A stretch of DNA of 64,000 nucleotides from Octopus sinensis (GCF_006345805.1 NC_042999.1:77624001-77688000), one strand, 5' to 3'. Positions 1 through 13,304 are shown, counted from the first letter of the stretch. The notes: generated by a model from the sequence alone, not told the origin. Translations and numbers: made by a program.

Positions 1-300
1 ATGGAACCAAAATAGCTTCTGCTAGAACTTTGCCCTAAGAAGAATTATAGAAGAGCTCAGGATTTCCCAGAAAAAGTTTTCAATTGTATTTGTGGATTCC
101 TCCAAAGCATTTGTTAGTGTCAACAGAAAGACCATGTTACCTATCCTGCTGAACTATGGTATCCCAGATGAAATTATCAAAGCTGTCACCATCATGTGCT
201 AAACCTCATCAAACTTTGTGAAAATCATACAGCAGGAATCCCTCAGGGAGATGGACAACATCCTTAAGCAAAGTCTTCCATTCAAGACAAAGGCTTCACC
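1..300 (+). mobile_element. Degraded non-LTR retrotransposon RT fragment (RTE-like)
   Basis: Manual translation gives LRRIIEELRISQKKFSIVFVDSSKAFVSVNRKTMLPILLNYGIPDEIIKAV, matching the RT FVDFSKAFDSV motif region. Confidence 0.7.
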
Positions 301-419
301 ATTAAGCAGAAGTAATTCAGACATCAATAGAGCATGTATCTCTTTGATCTTGACTATGATCTTACTCTCACAGCTCATCAACAGTGTTACATACAAGATT
401 AATTAGCATCCCTTAAGAA

Positions 420-2070
420 TGCCTTAGCCAAAGTTTGTTTCTCAATACAAAGAAGATTGAATATATGACCATCAATGAAGATGAAGCCTAAGAGGCTGAA
501 GACAACCAGTCCCAGACTGGATGTCGACAGACTCAAAAGACAATGGTGTAAGCAAGACTTATTTGCTGCAGTTCGGGTCTGAGCTAATGTAGTGCTGGTC
601 CCTTGACTGAAGCTGTGGGGATGTTGGAAACTTACAAGGACATGCTGTTGTCGACTTTCAAAAAAGGGTCAGGAGATGTGGTCTTTACTGGGAGACCCTT
701 GCATTGGTGGTGTGCAGCAGCAGGGCGAGGTTAGGTGGATGTCCCTCATGATTTATTTTGGGGACTGAGATGTGCGGTAGTCAGAGCACAAAGAAAAGCA
801 GGTTTGAGGAGTTTCTGAGGAGGTCGATAGTCAACTTCATACTTCTGACTCATGTACTGTCTACATAAGAATTATTATGCTTAGGTGGGCAGAGCCTCCC
901 CTTCAGTACTCTGGAGTCTTAGACTATGATGGAATGCTCCCAATGGAGGAGCCCAAGGTGGTGGATCGCTAGGCATTGTACTTTGAAGAGTTGTATAAGG
1001 TGGACCAACCTAGTACTGTTCTGAATGCTGTGATGCTGTCAGCCCTGGTGACTGATCTGCCAATCAGCTGTGATCTGCCATCCTTAGGCGAGGTTTGTAC
1101 GGTGGTAAATCAGCTGAGGAGCAGGAAGGCAACTGGCATTTGTGACATCCATGGCAAGATGATCAAGACAGGTGGGCCTGCTGCAGTTTTGTACTTATGG
1201 TGAATCATCTGTTCAATTTGGAGCAGTGGCATCATATCTCCTGACAGGAAGAGAAGCATAATTATCCCTATCTGGAGAGGTAAAGGTGACTGCCGCCATT
1301 GTAACAGTTACTGGGCTGTTACACACCCCTTAGTGCCTGGTAAGTTCTATGTCTGGGTCATTCTAAACAGAGTGTGAAATCATTTGCTTGTTACTCAGAA
1401 GTTGGAGCAGTCAGGGTTCACACCAAAGAGATCAACTACTGACAAGATTCTGGCTAATAGCGTGTACGCATTGAGTGCTAGAGGGGCTTTTGGCAGGGGC
1501 TATTTGCAGCTTATGTTGACTTCCGCAAGACGTTTAACTCGGTGGATAAGGATGTCCTTTGGAAGATTCTTGGGCAGTGAGGTATGGCTCCCAGATAGGC
1601 TGGGTTGATGGTGGCCCTATATACTGGAATGGTAAGCACAGTTCAGATTAGAAGCTCAATGTCTGACTTTTAGCCAGTTAGATCTGGGGTCTTTCAAGGT
1701 TGTGTTTTGATTCCTACTCTGTTCAAAGTCTGTATGGACTGGACTCTTGACCAGATGGTGGCTCCGTTGAGTTCTGGAGTGATCATTGGTGCAACTAGGA
1801 TTAATGACCTGAATTTTGCTGATGATGCGGTTATTCTTGTTGAGTTTCTGGGTGTTTTAAGGTGTACTGCCCTTTCACTGAGGAAGTGGAACCACTCGGT
1901 CTTAAAGTTTCCTCGGTGAAGACTAAGATCCAAAGTTTCATTGGCTTTCTGGAGCATTCCATCTCACCTGTCTCTGTTGCAGGTGATAATGTCGGAGTTG
2001 TCGACCACTTCACTTATATAGGTAATGTGATCTATAGTAGCTTTGAGTCCGAAGTCTAAGAAAGACTGAG
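420..2070 (+). mobile_element. Degraded RTE-clade LINE ORF2 (RT) fragment
   Basis: Frameshifted pieces include PSLGEV..NQLRSRKATGICDI, IIPIWRGKGD, QSGFTPKRST, QGCVLIPTLF, DLNFADDAVIL, GLKVSSVKTKI and FTYIG. Confidence 0.85.
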
Positions 2071-2075
2071 GTGTG

Positions 2076-2368
2076 TATTCTATCGGTCTCTTAGGTCGAA
2101 CCGCTGTTACGGGGACGTAAACACACCAACATCGGTTGTCAAGCGATGTTGGGGGAAGAAAACACACACAAATATATACATATAGGCGATCTTATATATA
2201 CACATATATACGACGGGCTTCTTTTAGCTTCCGTCTACCAAATCCACTCACAAGGCTTTGGTCTGCCCGAGGCTATAGTAGAAGACACCTGCCCTATGTG
2301 CCATGAAGTGGAACTGAAGCCGGAACTATGTGGTTGGTAAGCAAGCTACTTACGACACAGCCACTCCT
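2076..2368 (-). mobile_element. tRNA-derived SINE (family B)
   Basis: Head AGGAGTGGCTGTG..GTAAGTAGCTTGC with A/B-box-like motifs and an internal TA/CA microsatellite; homologous to copies at 25300, 50787 and 59285. Confidence 0.8.
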
Positions 2369-3297
2369 AATTGCATCAATTTTATTAAATTTGTCACTCT
2401 CAAAATACACCTTTATTACTCCCTTCATATGCGTGTTAATGTTTTACTTTCTTAGAAGTTGTGGTATTTCAATACGCCTAAATTTCCTTCTCTTTCTTTC
2501 GACCATACGCATGACAGAATGCGTAAGATCATAGTTTCCTCCCCTGCTCAGAGCAGATCATGTATGAATGAGTCAAAAACAAGAACATCAACTAACACGA
2601 AAATCAAATTGTTTAGTCCTTCGGGCATATGGGTGTACTCAGTTTTGTTTAGAACATGATATATCAGAATATATCAGCCACACGCACACTACGCACTTGT
2701 GCGCGCGCGCACACACGCACTTACACGCGCACACACGCACTTACACGCGCACAATAAAGAGGATGTAAGAAGATAAAATTAATTCAAAGAAATCAATGAA
2801 ACAGTATACAATATAGGGGAATGACACCACCTATATCTGTCGAATGGCAACATAGGTCAGTGAAAACCTGAACCAGTCAGTGACTGACACTGATACACAT
2901 TACAATGTGTTTTCATTAGATTTAACAACACGCTAGTACTTTCAAATTTTATTAAATATCGCAGTGTAACGCTTTCCGAAAAAGTTTTGGGATGTATTAA
3001 TTTCAGCAAAGAAAATCATGTCATTAAAGAAAATAACCAATATTTATTGTAACTATATCTGAGAAGCAAATATATTTGTCAAAACATTTCACACTTTTGT
3101 GACAGGAAAAAATGTTTAAATACAACAGTCTACAGTACACTGGATATTTTTTTTAGCAAAATACATGGTGAGTAAAAATTTTGAAACAAATTATAATTAC
3201 TTGTACCCTCAATAATGTTTTGTGTGCGTATAAATATGTATGTACAGACATCCTCGTAGAACACAAACACAGACACACATGCAAACGTACATATACC

Positions 3298-3762
3298 TAT
3301 TTCTTTACTACCCACAAGGGGCTAAACACAGAGAAGACAAACGGATTAAGTCGATTACATCAACCCCAGTGCGTAACTGCGTAATTTATCGACCCCCGAA
3401 AGGATAAAAGGCAAAGTCGACCTCGGCGGAATTTGAACTCAGAACATTTCACAGACGAAATACTGCTAAGCATTTCGCCTGGCCTGCTAACGTTTCTGCC
3501 AGCTCGCCGCCTCAAACTCATGCTAACGTACATATACCTATTTCTTTATTACCCACAAGGGGCTAAACATAGAAGGGACAAACGAGGACAGACATAGGTA
3601 TTAAGTCGATTACATCGACCCCAGTGCGTAACTGGTACTTAATTTATCGACCCCGAAAGGATGAAAGGTAAAGTCGACCTTGGCGGAATTTGAACTCAGA
3701 ACGTAACAGCAGACGAAATACCGCTAAGCATTTCGCCCGACGTGCTAACGTTTCTGCCAGCT
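3298..3762 (-). mobile_element. Two tandem SINE copies (family A) separated by target-site duplications
   Basis: Copies at 3298-3511 and 3539-3762 are homologous to copies at 3825, 44985 and 45246. AACGTACATATACC occurs at 3284, 3525 and 3765. Confidence 0.85.
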
Positions 3763-3824
3763 CTAACGTACATATACCGTCAACTTCAGGATTACAGAGG
3801 CGCACTTCATTTGTAGAATAACCA

Positions 3825-4050
3825 AGCTGGCAGAAACGTTAGCACGCCGGGCGAACTGCCTAGCGGTATTTCGTCTGTTGTTACGTTCTGTGTTCAAATT
3901 CCGCCGAGGTCGACTTTGCCTTTCATCCTTTCGGGGTCGATAAATTAAGTGCCAATTACATACTGGAGTCGATCTAATCGACTTAATCCGTTTGTCTGTC
4001 CTTGTTTGTCTCCTCTATGTTTAGCCCCTTGTGGGCAATAAAGAAATAAG
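3825..4050 (+). mobile_element. SINE (family A)
   Basis: AGCTGGCAGAAACGTTAGCACGCCGGGCG..GTTCAAATTCCGCC (B-box-like)..AAAGAAATAAG. Confidence 0.85.
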
Positions 4051-4157
4051 AATAACACCTAACCTGAACCGTGGTAATGAGATAGACGCTCGGAAACTCA
4101 TTGACTGCTTCCAAGATCATTAACCAGCAGTAGCCAACGTTAAGAAGAAGAAGAAAG

Positions 4158-4192
4158 TGTCTGATGAAGAATCTGTTACGAAAGCGCTCACG
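4158..4192 (+). ncRNA. Minimal type I hammerhead ribozyme motif
   Basis: tgt-CTGATGA-a-gaatctgttac-GAAA-gcgc-TC-acg. Palindromic stem III (AGCGCT), imperfect stem II; same style as the motifs at 62080/62173. Confidence 0.65.
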
Positions 4193-4388
4193 AAGTAAAC
4201 TAAAACATCCATCAACAAGCTCACTCCAGATTACATGCCATATGTAGCGTAACCTATCCATCTATCTGTCTATCTATCTATCTATCTGTCTGTCTGTCTG
4301 TCTGTCTACTTTTACGACCCTAAACCTCCTACAGAAACTTAACCTTCTTGTATTTTACTATCTTTTGTTACCCTTTATATTATATATA

Positions 4389-4581
4389 CGAGGAGGTGCT
4401 AAAAAGTGCCTGGCTTTGGGTAAAAGAAAACAAAGGAAGATCAGTTAATCATTTTATTCAACATATTCCCTTCTCAGGGTCCTTCAGTTTTTCTAAGCCA
4501 TATAAAAGAAACTGGAAGGTTGGGCTTCCAGCCAAGCCTTTCACGACACCCTCAAAGTTAGAAACTTTTCAGCACCCTTCG
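4389..4581. mobile_element. Mariner-derived MITE
   Basis: Imperfect TIRs ACGAGGAGGTGCTAAAAAGT / ACTTTTCAGCACCCTTCGT, with TA at the left end. Confidence 0.55.
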
Positions 4582-4688
4582 TCTGTGTGTGTGTATTGTG
4601 AGTAGTCCACACATTCGAAAAAGAAGCACATTCTAAGTCAGAGTAGTAATATACGTATTTAGAAGGTTGTTTGTTATGGCTGGTCAGA

Positions 4689-4748
4689 AAGTGACCATTG
4701 GTTTCTCACCTATAAAGCACTTAGCTACATAGGCAACTCGTCAGAATC
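4689..4748 (-). ncRNA. Type I hammerhead ribozyme motif
   Basis: Minus strand gatt-CTGACGA-g-ttgcctat..ataggtga-GAAA-ccaatgg-TC-actt. Stem II is 8 bp with GU pairs, the cleavage site is GUC, and stem I is weak. Confidence 0.65.
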
Positions 4749-5149
4749 AGTGGCCAGAGGCACATAGCCTCTCTATCTTTTTTGCACATGTATCTGTGTA
4801 TGTTCTGGTCAAACTCTTTACCGGGTTCCTAGATATTGGTGGTGGAAGAACCGAAGTTGGAGAAGTGGTAGTTATTGTCAAAATGGTATGTTATTGATAT
4901 GTAGGTATGATAAAATATATTTCTTTTCATATGGGCAAGTGCTAAAAATTTCACTTCTGTAGTTTATGTGGATGACTGAGTGTTGAGAGTTATTTAATAT
5001 GGCTCTTTTCTCTGTTAAGTATAATCTGCATTTATATATAGACTTAGATATTTAGATAAGATTTGGCCAGAATTGGTCCAGGCCATGACTAACTTAACAA
5101 CACCACCTGGAAAAGACATTTTATGTTTCATATAACTGTCATTCTTTGG

Positions 5150-5450
5150 CCAACTTAGTCCACTCAAGCAATGAGTTATTGTTTGTAGAGATATATCTGG
5201 GTGTAGGTGGTTTTATATGGAATTTGTTGGAGAAATTCATCTAGGAACCGTTTGAATGTTATGAGATCCTTTTGCTTCTCTTATGTGTCTTGATATGATG
5301 TTAAAGTTGAGGTAAAATAGTCTTGTCCTAGTGTTGTGATGTGATGCATGATTGTTGTAGAGGATAGATGTGACATGGGAATGAAACCTTGAGTGAATTT
5401 TAAAGTTGGTGTTAACATCATTTGGGCAATGCTATTGGAATATTTTCCAC
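5150..5450 (-). mobile_element. 3' end relic of a non-LTR retrotransposon (CR1/L2/Jockey-group-like)
   Basis: Minus strand reads FKRFLDEFLQQIP..TPRY..NNSLLEW, resembling the FKxxLDxFLxxIPDQP C-terminus. Confidence 0.45.
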
Positions 5451-6070
5451 ATCATATTAATCATATAGTGTTTAATATAGTACTTAGTATTTGTCAATTA
5501 AATTCATAGAAAACCAGAGCGAAACATTTGGTGACAGTGGGACTGTATACTATACTCACCCTAATTGTTGTGTCTATATTAGAAATCATTTGCATTGACT
5601 ATTATATTGATACAAATGTGTTTATTAGACATTGTTTTACCCAAGATAGAAGTGTATGAATGAAAGAACATGAATGTGGTGGTTCAACCTGCTTGCGATA
5701 GTAAATTTCCACCGAATCATACTGCCATCGTCTTAAAACCAGCCTTGCATGCACAGGGGAAAATTTCAGATGATCATGACTGCTGATCTATTCAGTAATG
5801 GTTGACCTGGGGTTAAAAGACACTATAACAACTCTGTCTATCTGCGTGTGCCTCTGTCCCCCTCTCATTCTCCCCTACTCTCTCTACCTTTCTCCTTCCC
5901 TCTTCTCTCTCTGTGGTGAGTTAACTTGGAAATTCCAAGTGACAATGTAACCTTCATTTAATTAAGCTAGGTTATGTAACTTCCTGCTCCATCCCTCAGT
6001 TTTGATATATATATATATATATATATATATAATAATAAATCTCTGAGCGAGATATAAACAGTAACTGCTC

Positions 6071-6285
6071 TATAACATAAGGGGGATCAGCCATCTGAAT
6101 GTGGCTAGGGACAGGACGGGGTAGTGGGGGTGTTACTGATGCATTTAGCCCCAGGCGATCATCAACGTCACCAGGTGTCAGCCCTTCTGGTGACGTTGAT
6201 GATCGCCTGGGGCTAAATGCATCAGTAACACCCCCACTACCCCGCCCTGTCCCTAGCCACATTCAGATGGCTGATCCCCCTTATG

Positions 6286-6290
<5 letters not shown>
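6071..6290. repeat. Near-perfect 220-bp fold-back (104-bp arms, 12-nt loop) within (TA)n
   Basis: 6071-6174 is the reverse complement of 6187-6290 with one mismatch, which explains the mirror ORFs in the track. Confidence 0.95.
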
Positions 6291-6368
<78 letters not shown>

Positions 6369-6674
6369 TATATATATAAAATATAATAAATGTGAAAATG
6401 AATTTTTGTATGTCAGTGTGTCACACTTAGACCCCTTCTCTCACTATTCAATGACACTCATGATGGGGTGAGAATAATAGTAGGCATAGAAACGGTGAGG
6501 GTGGTGGCGAAGACAGATAGAGAGGGAGAGAGAAAGAAAAAGAGAGACAAAGAAATTTAGGGAGAGTTGATGATGTTTTATTAAAAGTAGTAGTGTTGAT
6601 GGTGGCAGTGGGAGTAATAATAAGAGAGTGAGAGTGGGTATGTGAGAGAAAGAGGGAGATGATGTACAACTTTA

Positions 6675-6715
<41 letters not shown>

Positions 6716-7068
6716 TACACACACATAAAATTCACTTTAATTGAAATAAAGTTTCCCCCAGATTAAACATATCTAATATAATAAATGTGAATGTCAATGT
6801 GTCACACTTTTTCAGCTTTAATAAATTCTTTCACTGGAAGTACAAAGCTTCAAATTTTAAAAACTTTGATCACTGTTTTTCTTCCATCTTGCATACTGGC
6901 AACCAACACCTTAACAACACAGTCTTTACAATTGGTGACAACTCCAATGTTCCATCCTATTGTTTATCTATTATTGTACAACTAAAAACATAACCATTAC
7001 ATACACGCACAGACATATATATAAGGCAGAGAATATTATAGTAGGGAAACACACGTGCTGGATATATA

Positions 7069-7322
7069 CATAGAAAGAGAAAAAAAGAAAAAAACACAAA
7101 ATTTGTTTTACAGGATTTAAGAGTATATTAGAGCCATGATAATGAAAATATACAATTTTGTACAAAATAAGGTTTTGTTCTTTCAACATAATTGAAGTAA
7201 GGACCGATTTCACATTGCTCATCAAGCTGAGAGTTGAATAATATCTTCATTATCATGGCTCTAATATATTCTTAAATCCTGTAAAACAAATCTCTGTTTT
7301 TTCATCTTTTCTCTTTCTATAT
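7069..7322. repeat. Fold-back element with ~80-bp inverted arms
   Basis: TTTGTTTTACAGGATTTAAGAGTATATTAGAGCCATGATAATGAA is mirrored by TTCATTATCATGGCTCTAATATATTCTTAAATCCTGTAAAACAAA. Confidence 0.8.
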
Positions 7323-7403
7323 ATGTGTGTGTGTGTTGAATAAAATGAGATGACAAAGCCTAGGCTGTATGGAATATTCAGGACATTTTTAGAGAGAAAG
7401 TTA

Positions 7404-7451
7404 GTCTTACAGCTGTTTCTGGGATATTATGGATATCCCTTCATCAGAGAC
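7404..7451 (-). ncRNA. Minimal type I hammerhead ribozyme
   Basis: Minus strand gtct-CTGATGA-a-gggatat(ccata)atatccc-a-GAAA-cagctg-TA-agac: 4-bp stem I, perfect 7-bp stem II, palindromic ACAGCTGT stem III, GUA site. Confidence 0.8.
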
Positions 7452-7844
7452 AATGTGAGAGAGTTAAATAGAGGGACATAGTAGAATTCAATATAAGGAG
7501 TTATTTTGGAAAAGGATGGAAATAAGAGAATAAAAGTAAAAATAAAAATATATGTAGGATGTTATAGTTGCAGTTCCAGTATCTGAGGAAAGTGGTGTGT
7601 AGAAGTGGTAGAAATGCATCTTGTCCATCGTATATAAATTCCGATAGGAGTTCATATTTTGTCATTACAAATGGAAAATGTGGACACATAGGTTCCATGT
7701 GCTGTTCATTCAAATGGGTCTTGTGGCGTGAATGAAATTTTAAGAATGTAGTGGTAGTATTCAGTAGATAGAGAAAAGAGGATAGATATGCTGGAATGAG
7801 GAGAATGGATATGTTAGAATGATCAAAAGGAATGGGTGAGGAGA

Positions 7845-9860
7845 TGAGGTGGGCAATGTTAATTGAAAAGTTAACTTCATCAATCGTTAATCCGTTAACC
7901 AAAAAGTTAATTTCGTTAATCCGTTAATTCTTAGAAAATGTAACGGAAGTTATCGTTAATATGTTAATGTTAACTTTTATTGAAAAATGTTTAATACCCC
8001 ACTGACTTTGTTGCCTCATAATTTTAAAAAAAGAAAGATACTTTTTAACAAAATTTTCACCAAATAATCGCTTATATCCTGTAGATTGAAGAAATTTGTA
8101 GGCAAAATTTTTGGAAGGGAGGCTGAGGGGGGAGGAGAAGCTTCTGAAAAATGGAGTTTCAGATCAGATGGTTCACATAAATTGGAATTTCTCCGTTTTG
8201 ATGGGTTTTTTTCCAATGTTTTTCACCAAAGTCTTCAGAATGATGGGAGGCATCTTTTCACAAAGAAATGAAAAGAATTTTGAAAATTTATTTTTTCCAC
8301 TCCCGCCACCCCCTTACTACACCAGTCCGAAATTATTTTGACCATTTTTCTTTTTTCCTTATGTACTTAAAACCTGTGAGAGACACATTTTCAATTAAAA
8401 AAAAAAATTGTTAATAATCTCAGAGGAAAGTGTGTGATTTACAGGAGATCTGGCAGTTGCTTTTAGCACATCCCAAAATCTCCCACCTTGTTTCTTTCTC
8501 ACTCACACATCTATTGATATTTTCAATATTTTTCTCCCCATAAACAAATTTTATGGAATGGTGATGTCAAAGTAACACACGTGTAGTCCCAACCGAGCGA
8601 GGCCGTATTATGTGTGTGTGTAAGAAAAAAACACCTAAAATCATTTAATGTTCATATTAATCTGTCAAATGTAATGCTCATTTATTCATGTTATTTTGAA
8701 TTATTCAGGTTCAAGAGGGGTGTCTACAATATTTGCTTGTAACTTTGTAAATTTTCTACATAGAGATTTGAAATTTTGTCAGTGGGTGCTTTATATACCA
8801 CTGATTTATAGTTATGTAATTTTAGCTGATTTTGCTGAATAAATTTTACTTTTATGGGCATGTAAATTTAATTAATAGGTGTAAAAACAATAGCATTATT
8901 GAAAAACAATAAAATAGAAATTCTTAATGCATCTTACTTGTTTGATTTGTTACTAAAATGATCCCAGATGGCAACCAACAAAAATTTTGCCACTTTTCAA
9001 GATGAGGTACATTAGTTTGAATTAATTAAAATACTGGTATAATCTGTACAAGATTTAATTGTTTTGGTAAATATTTTGTATCTTGGTGTGGAATAATTTT
9101 TTCCATTGTTTTTTTTTCGGGTGCATTCAGTGTATCTGACTTTTAAATCTGCCGCAAGCCACTTTTTTCTGGCAAAGAAAGGTAGGAGGGATGGTGGGGA
9201 CCTCAAAGTTTCCCACCGAGGGAGTTTTGTTTTGTGGGTCTTTTTTCATTTCTAGGTTATTTTGCATGCTTTCAATGAATGTGACATTGAAATCATGCAT
9301 AAGCGGCTCCTTTTTCCAGAAAAGGAAAGATTTGGCTATTTTTAGCATGCCCTACTACCACATAACTATTTGTATTTGCACCGAAATGTTTACCAACTTT
9401 TTTCCTTCCATTTATTTTTTCCACTTTATAGAAGTCAATATTTTCTTTGTTGACATCTGCCTCAGCAAGGTCACAGATCAAGTGAAAACACATCAATCAC
9501 TGTTCCCTCTTGATAGGACAAAGAAATTTCCTGCTGTTTTTGCAAGCAACAAGCGGATGGATTTGGTTTCAAATCCAGGCAGGGCCAAATGAGGTCCTAC
9601 AAGTTATTTATGATAATAAATGACATTATATCTGGGTTAATAGAATGATGCGTACATTATTAAATATGCTAAGACAATCTGAAAACAATAGGAACTTTAA
9701 AACGTTTACCGATTTTTATGAAATTTTGGGGTTAACAGACTTGAGTTAATGGAGGCTAAATGTAATGGAAATTAATTAGTCAGATAAAAGTTAAATTGTT
9801 AACGAAAATGTTAACTTCGGTAATTAACGATTAACGTATTAATGGACTTACACCCAGCTC
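7845..9860. mobile_element. Old non-autonomous DNA transposon (hAT-like) with nested fragments
   Basis: Ends GAGGTGGGCAA / CACCCAGCTCT, with subterminal arrays of CGTTAA/TTAACG at 7860-7975 and 9780-9845. Confidence 0.4.
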
Positions 9861-10026
9861 TTGCCGCCAACACTTTTTTCTGCAAAATAGGGGTAGCTTA
9901 TCCTGTTCAAGCTATATTATTAGCATCATTCTGCGTTTGAGAATTTAAAATCACTTCTTTAACTTTCTAAGATATCTCAATGCTTCTAAAGCAAACTTTG
10001 TTTGTCTACGTTCATCATAATTTGAA

Positions 10027-10065
<39 letters not shown>

Positions 10066-10134
10066 AGCATCTGCTAATACTTTACATGTACCATGTCCTC
10101 ACATTTTTTTGTGTTTGTTCTTCGGAGCGCTAAC

Positions 10135-11070
10135 AGCTCCATCTGAGCGGGGTCACTGCCAGAGCAGCTGTCTGGCTTCTGTGTCGGTGTCACAGAATAG
10201 AGGAAGGCCTGTTTAGGACTTTGTTGAAGTGCTCAGCAGATCTTTTCAGGATTGCGTTTTTGTCAATGAGGAGAGCAGTCCTGTCAGCACTGAGCAGTGG
10301 TGATGTTCCAGAGGATTGCAGCCCGTAGATGGTTTTCAAGGCATTGTAGAAATGTTCAAAGTTGTTGCTGTTGGTATACTTCTGTATCTTATCTGTTTTG
10401 TTGCTGAACCAGGAATCCCTCACCTCTTTGAGCTCTACCCGGACCTTGCTTTTGATAGCATTGTAGGCTGTTTTCTTGGAACTCAATGTGCTGTCTTAGT
10501 TGGGGACTTCGTAGGCTTCATGCTTCCCATTGAGCAGCTTTTGAATTTTTTTTATCATTTCCTTCAAACCAGTCTTGGCGTCTACACATGTCCTGGCCCA
10601 GATAACTGAGTGCAGTATTGTACACCACATCTGTGAACACTACCCACTCCTCCTCTACTGACTTTGTACCAATGTTGAGTTGGCTCAGCTTGGTGCTCAG
10701 GTTTTCACTGAGGTTCTGTTTCACATTGTGTCGGTCCAGTTTGCTGATGTTTAATTGCTTGTTTGCCGGCTTTCTTTCTGGTCATAGCCTGGTATGGATG
10801 TGCCTGTGAAGTTTTGTGAGGATGAGTCTGTGATCTGTCCAGCATTCTGCACCACACATGGCCTTTGTCACCTTAACATCCAGCTTGTTGCGTCTCCTGA
10901 CTGTGACATAGCCTATCAGATGCCAATGCTTGCTGTGTGAATGCATCCAGAACATCTTTTTGTGGTTGGGCAGGTGAAACACTGTGTTGCTGATCAGCTG
11001 GTCATGTGCTGCACAGGTCTTCAGCAGTAGATGACCATTGCTGTTGCTCTTGCCAACTCCATTTCTCACA
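10135..11070 (-). mobile_element. RTE (BovB-like) LINE fragment, APE endonuclease C-terminal region
   Basis: GKSNSNGHLLLKTCAAHDQLISNTVF..WMHSHSKHWHLIGYV..AECWTDHRLI, QDWF and AEHFNKVLNRPS. Confidence 0.9.
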
Positions 11071-12999
11071 GTGACCTCAGTAGTTATTTCTTACAGTCTC
11101 TTTTACCAAACTAGGTTACGGGGATGTAAATAAATCAGTACTAGTTGTTAAGTGATAGGAGGACATGCACAAACACAAAGTCACACACACATAGCTATGT
11201 ATAAAAACACACATTTCACTCTTTGTGATGTACTTTTTGGCAATGGTTGGGAGAAATCAGCAATAGGTGTGTGGAGGTCACCATGAGAGATCAAAGATAG
11301 TTGAATAAATGAAGGAGCCTTTATGTGGTCACTAACCTTTTAGAAGTAGCAGCCTAAGCAACATATCCTTCAGTGTGGTCCTGGGTTCTCTTCACAAAGT
11401 AAAAAGACTTGATGGTTACGAATAAAACTTCGATCATAGTTCTGTTTGCTCACAGCAGGTTTGGAGGGTAAACAAGTACAATATCAAAAATTGTAAAGAC
11501 CTAGCATTTAAAGCAATTTTGAATGTTTTATTTGTTTGTCATCCATGACTAGAATATAGATGGGGAGGTACAAGTTTGTAGTGATTGTGTATTTGTACTT
11601 TTGAAAGGATTTAGGTTATCATTGTTGGAAAATATTCTCCAGGTCATTGCTAACTGAAATATGTGTTTATATTGTTGATGACACCTGTCTGTGGAAGTTC
11701 AAGATGGTGTAATGAGTGCTGTGAATTACTAAAGAATATGTGTTGCTAGAAAAATATAAAGAATGCTGTAAGTTTTTCAAAATAGTAGCTTAAAAATATC
11801 TCAATGATAAAATATCTACAATGAATGTTCAAAAGTGTTCTCTACAATATTTAATACAGATCTTGATCTCTTACAATAATAATACCTAATTGCTGTCAAA
11901 CCTGTTCTGTTGCTGTTGTTGTTATTTATATCCAGATTGACTCTGAATGAGCAGACATAATCAAAGGCATTCTATCCTGTAATTTGGGGATTTTGTCTAT
12001 CAAATATATCTTTTTATTATTTTAATGACAGAATGCAATTGAAAAGAGATTTGTCTGCTATTTTAGAAGGTCGAGTGCCCTTTTATGCTAGTCAACTTTG
12101 TCCTGTTGTTTAACAATGAGTCATGTTCATTTAGAGAGTCTGAAAATAAGAGCAAGCATGGCTATATGGTTAAGAAATTTGCTTTACAAGTAAATGCTAA
12201 CCTAGCTTCTGTTGTCTTTAATGGTTATAGAAAACAATATTTTCTTCATGTTTTATAGCTATTTTAATTAGACTTCATCTATTCTTTGCTATATAATTTT
12301 GTAGTTTTACTGTGGATATTATTTCATCATAGTTTTCTGCTTGTAGATCTACCCCTTTCATGTATACACAATAAATGCATTATTGTACTGAATTTTGGGT
12401 GGTGCATTCTAAATGCGGCCATTATTTTTTTTTCATTTTTTCTTGTTTTCTTATCTTAGTGTCTAGCTGAGAATAGTATAACCATAACTTATTACTGGAG
12501 CAGCTGCAAATTGGCGCCTAACACCTTATATCTTTTTAACTAATTTTCATTTTGTAATAATCTCATGCATGCATAATATTTCTTTGAAGCGATTTCTTTC
12601 ACCTGTGTAGAGCACACTGTCTTGTTCATTAATTTCTAAAAATTTATAGTTTTCTCTTGGCTGCTTCTTTATATAACATATTACTGTATGTTTTTTTTTC
12701 AAGTTCATTTTCCTCTTTTCAAAGGTAGCTAGCATGATTTTCTTAGCTGACTTTCATATAAATTCGTTTAATTTATCCGTGTAATCTATGCAAAAGTATT
12801 TTATTGCTGCAGTGTAGGTCATCCATATACAAAATATGGCTGATTGTTCTCACATAGCATTTATATCAGAGTCCAATCTGGTTTAATACATTGGTTAAAT
12901 GTACTTACATCAAACAAACCACTATTTTGCTTATTTTAAAAGGAATTATTTGCCCTTGATACATATTATTGGTACTACTTTCTTCACGGCTAATGTTAG

Positions 13000-13304
13000 T
13001 GTAGTGAGTGTGCGATTTGAATATAGAGGCACCTACCTTCTCTTTGTAGTGACGGAGATCCTCCAGAGATGACTAGTCCTTCCTCACAGCCCCGACCCGA
13101 ACACTAACGATAGCAGCTGCTAGCCCAAACCCTTAGCGACGTCCTGGCACGTCTTGTGACCTGCACGACCCACGTTGGAAAGGTCAATTTCCGCTCCCTG
13201 CGCACGCTAGACAGCTGACCCCTTCTGCTTGCCCCAGCTTCCGGTCAACGCACCCCGCTGCTGACGTCCGGCTGCTGACGTCCAGCTGCTGACGTCATCC
13301 CACA
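13000..13304 (-). repeat. 3' LTR
   Basis: 305-bp direct repeat of 16941-17245; purine-rich AAGATCAGGGTGGCG precedes it on the minus strand. Confidence 0.95.

Noticed and set aside
12460-12990. Possible host exon near the Gypsy insertion
   Set aside because: Only a short ORF with no recognisable domain or convincing splice pair.
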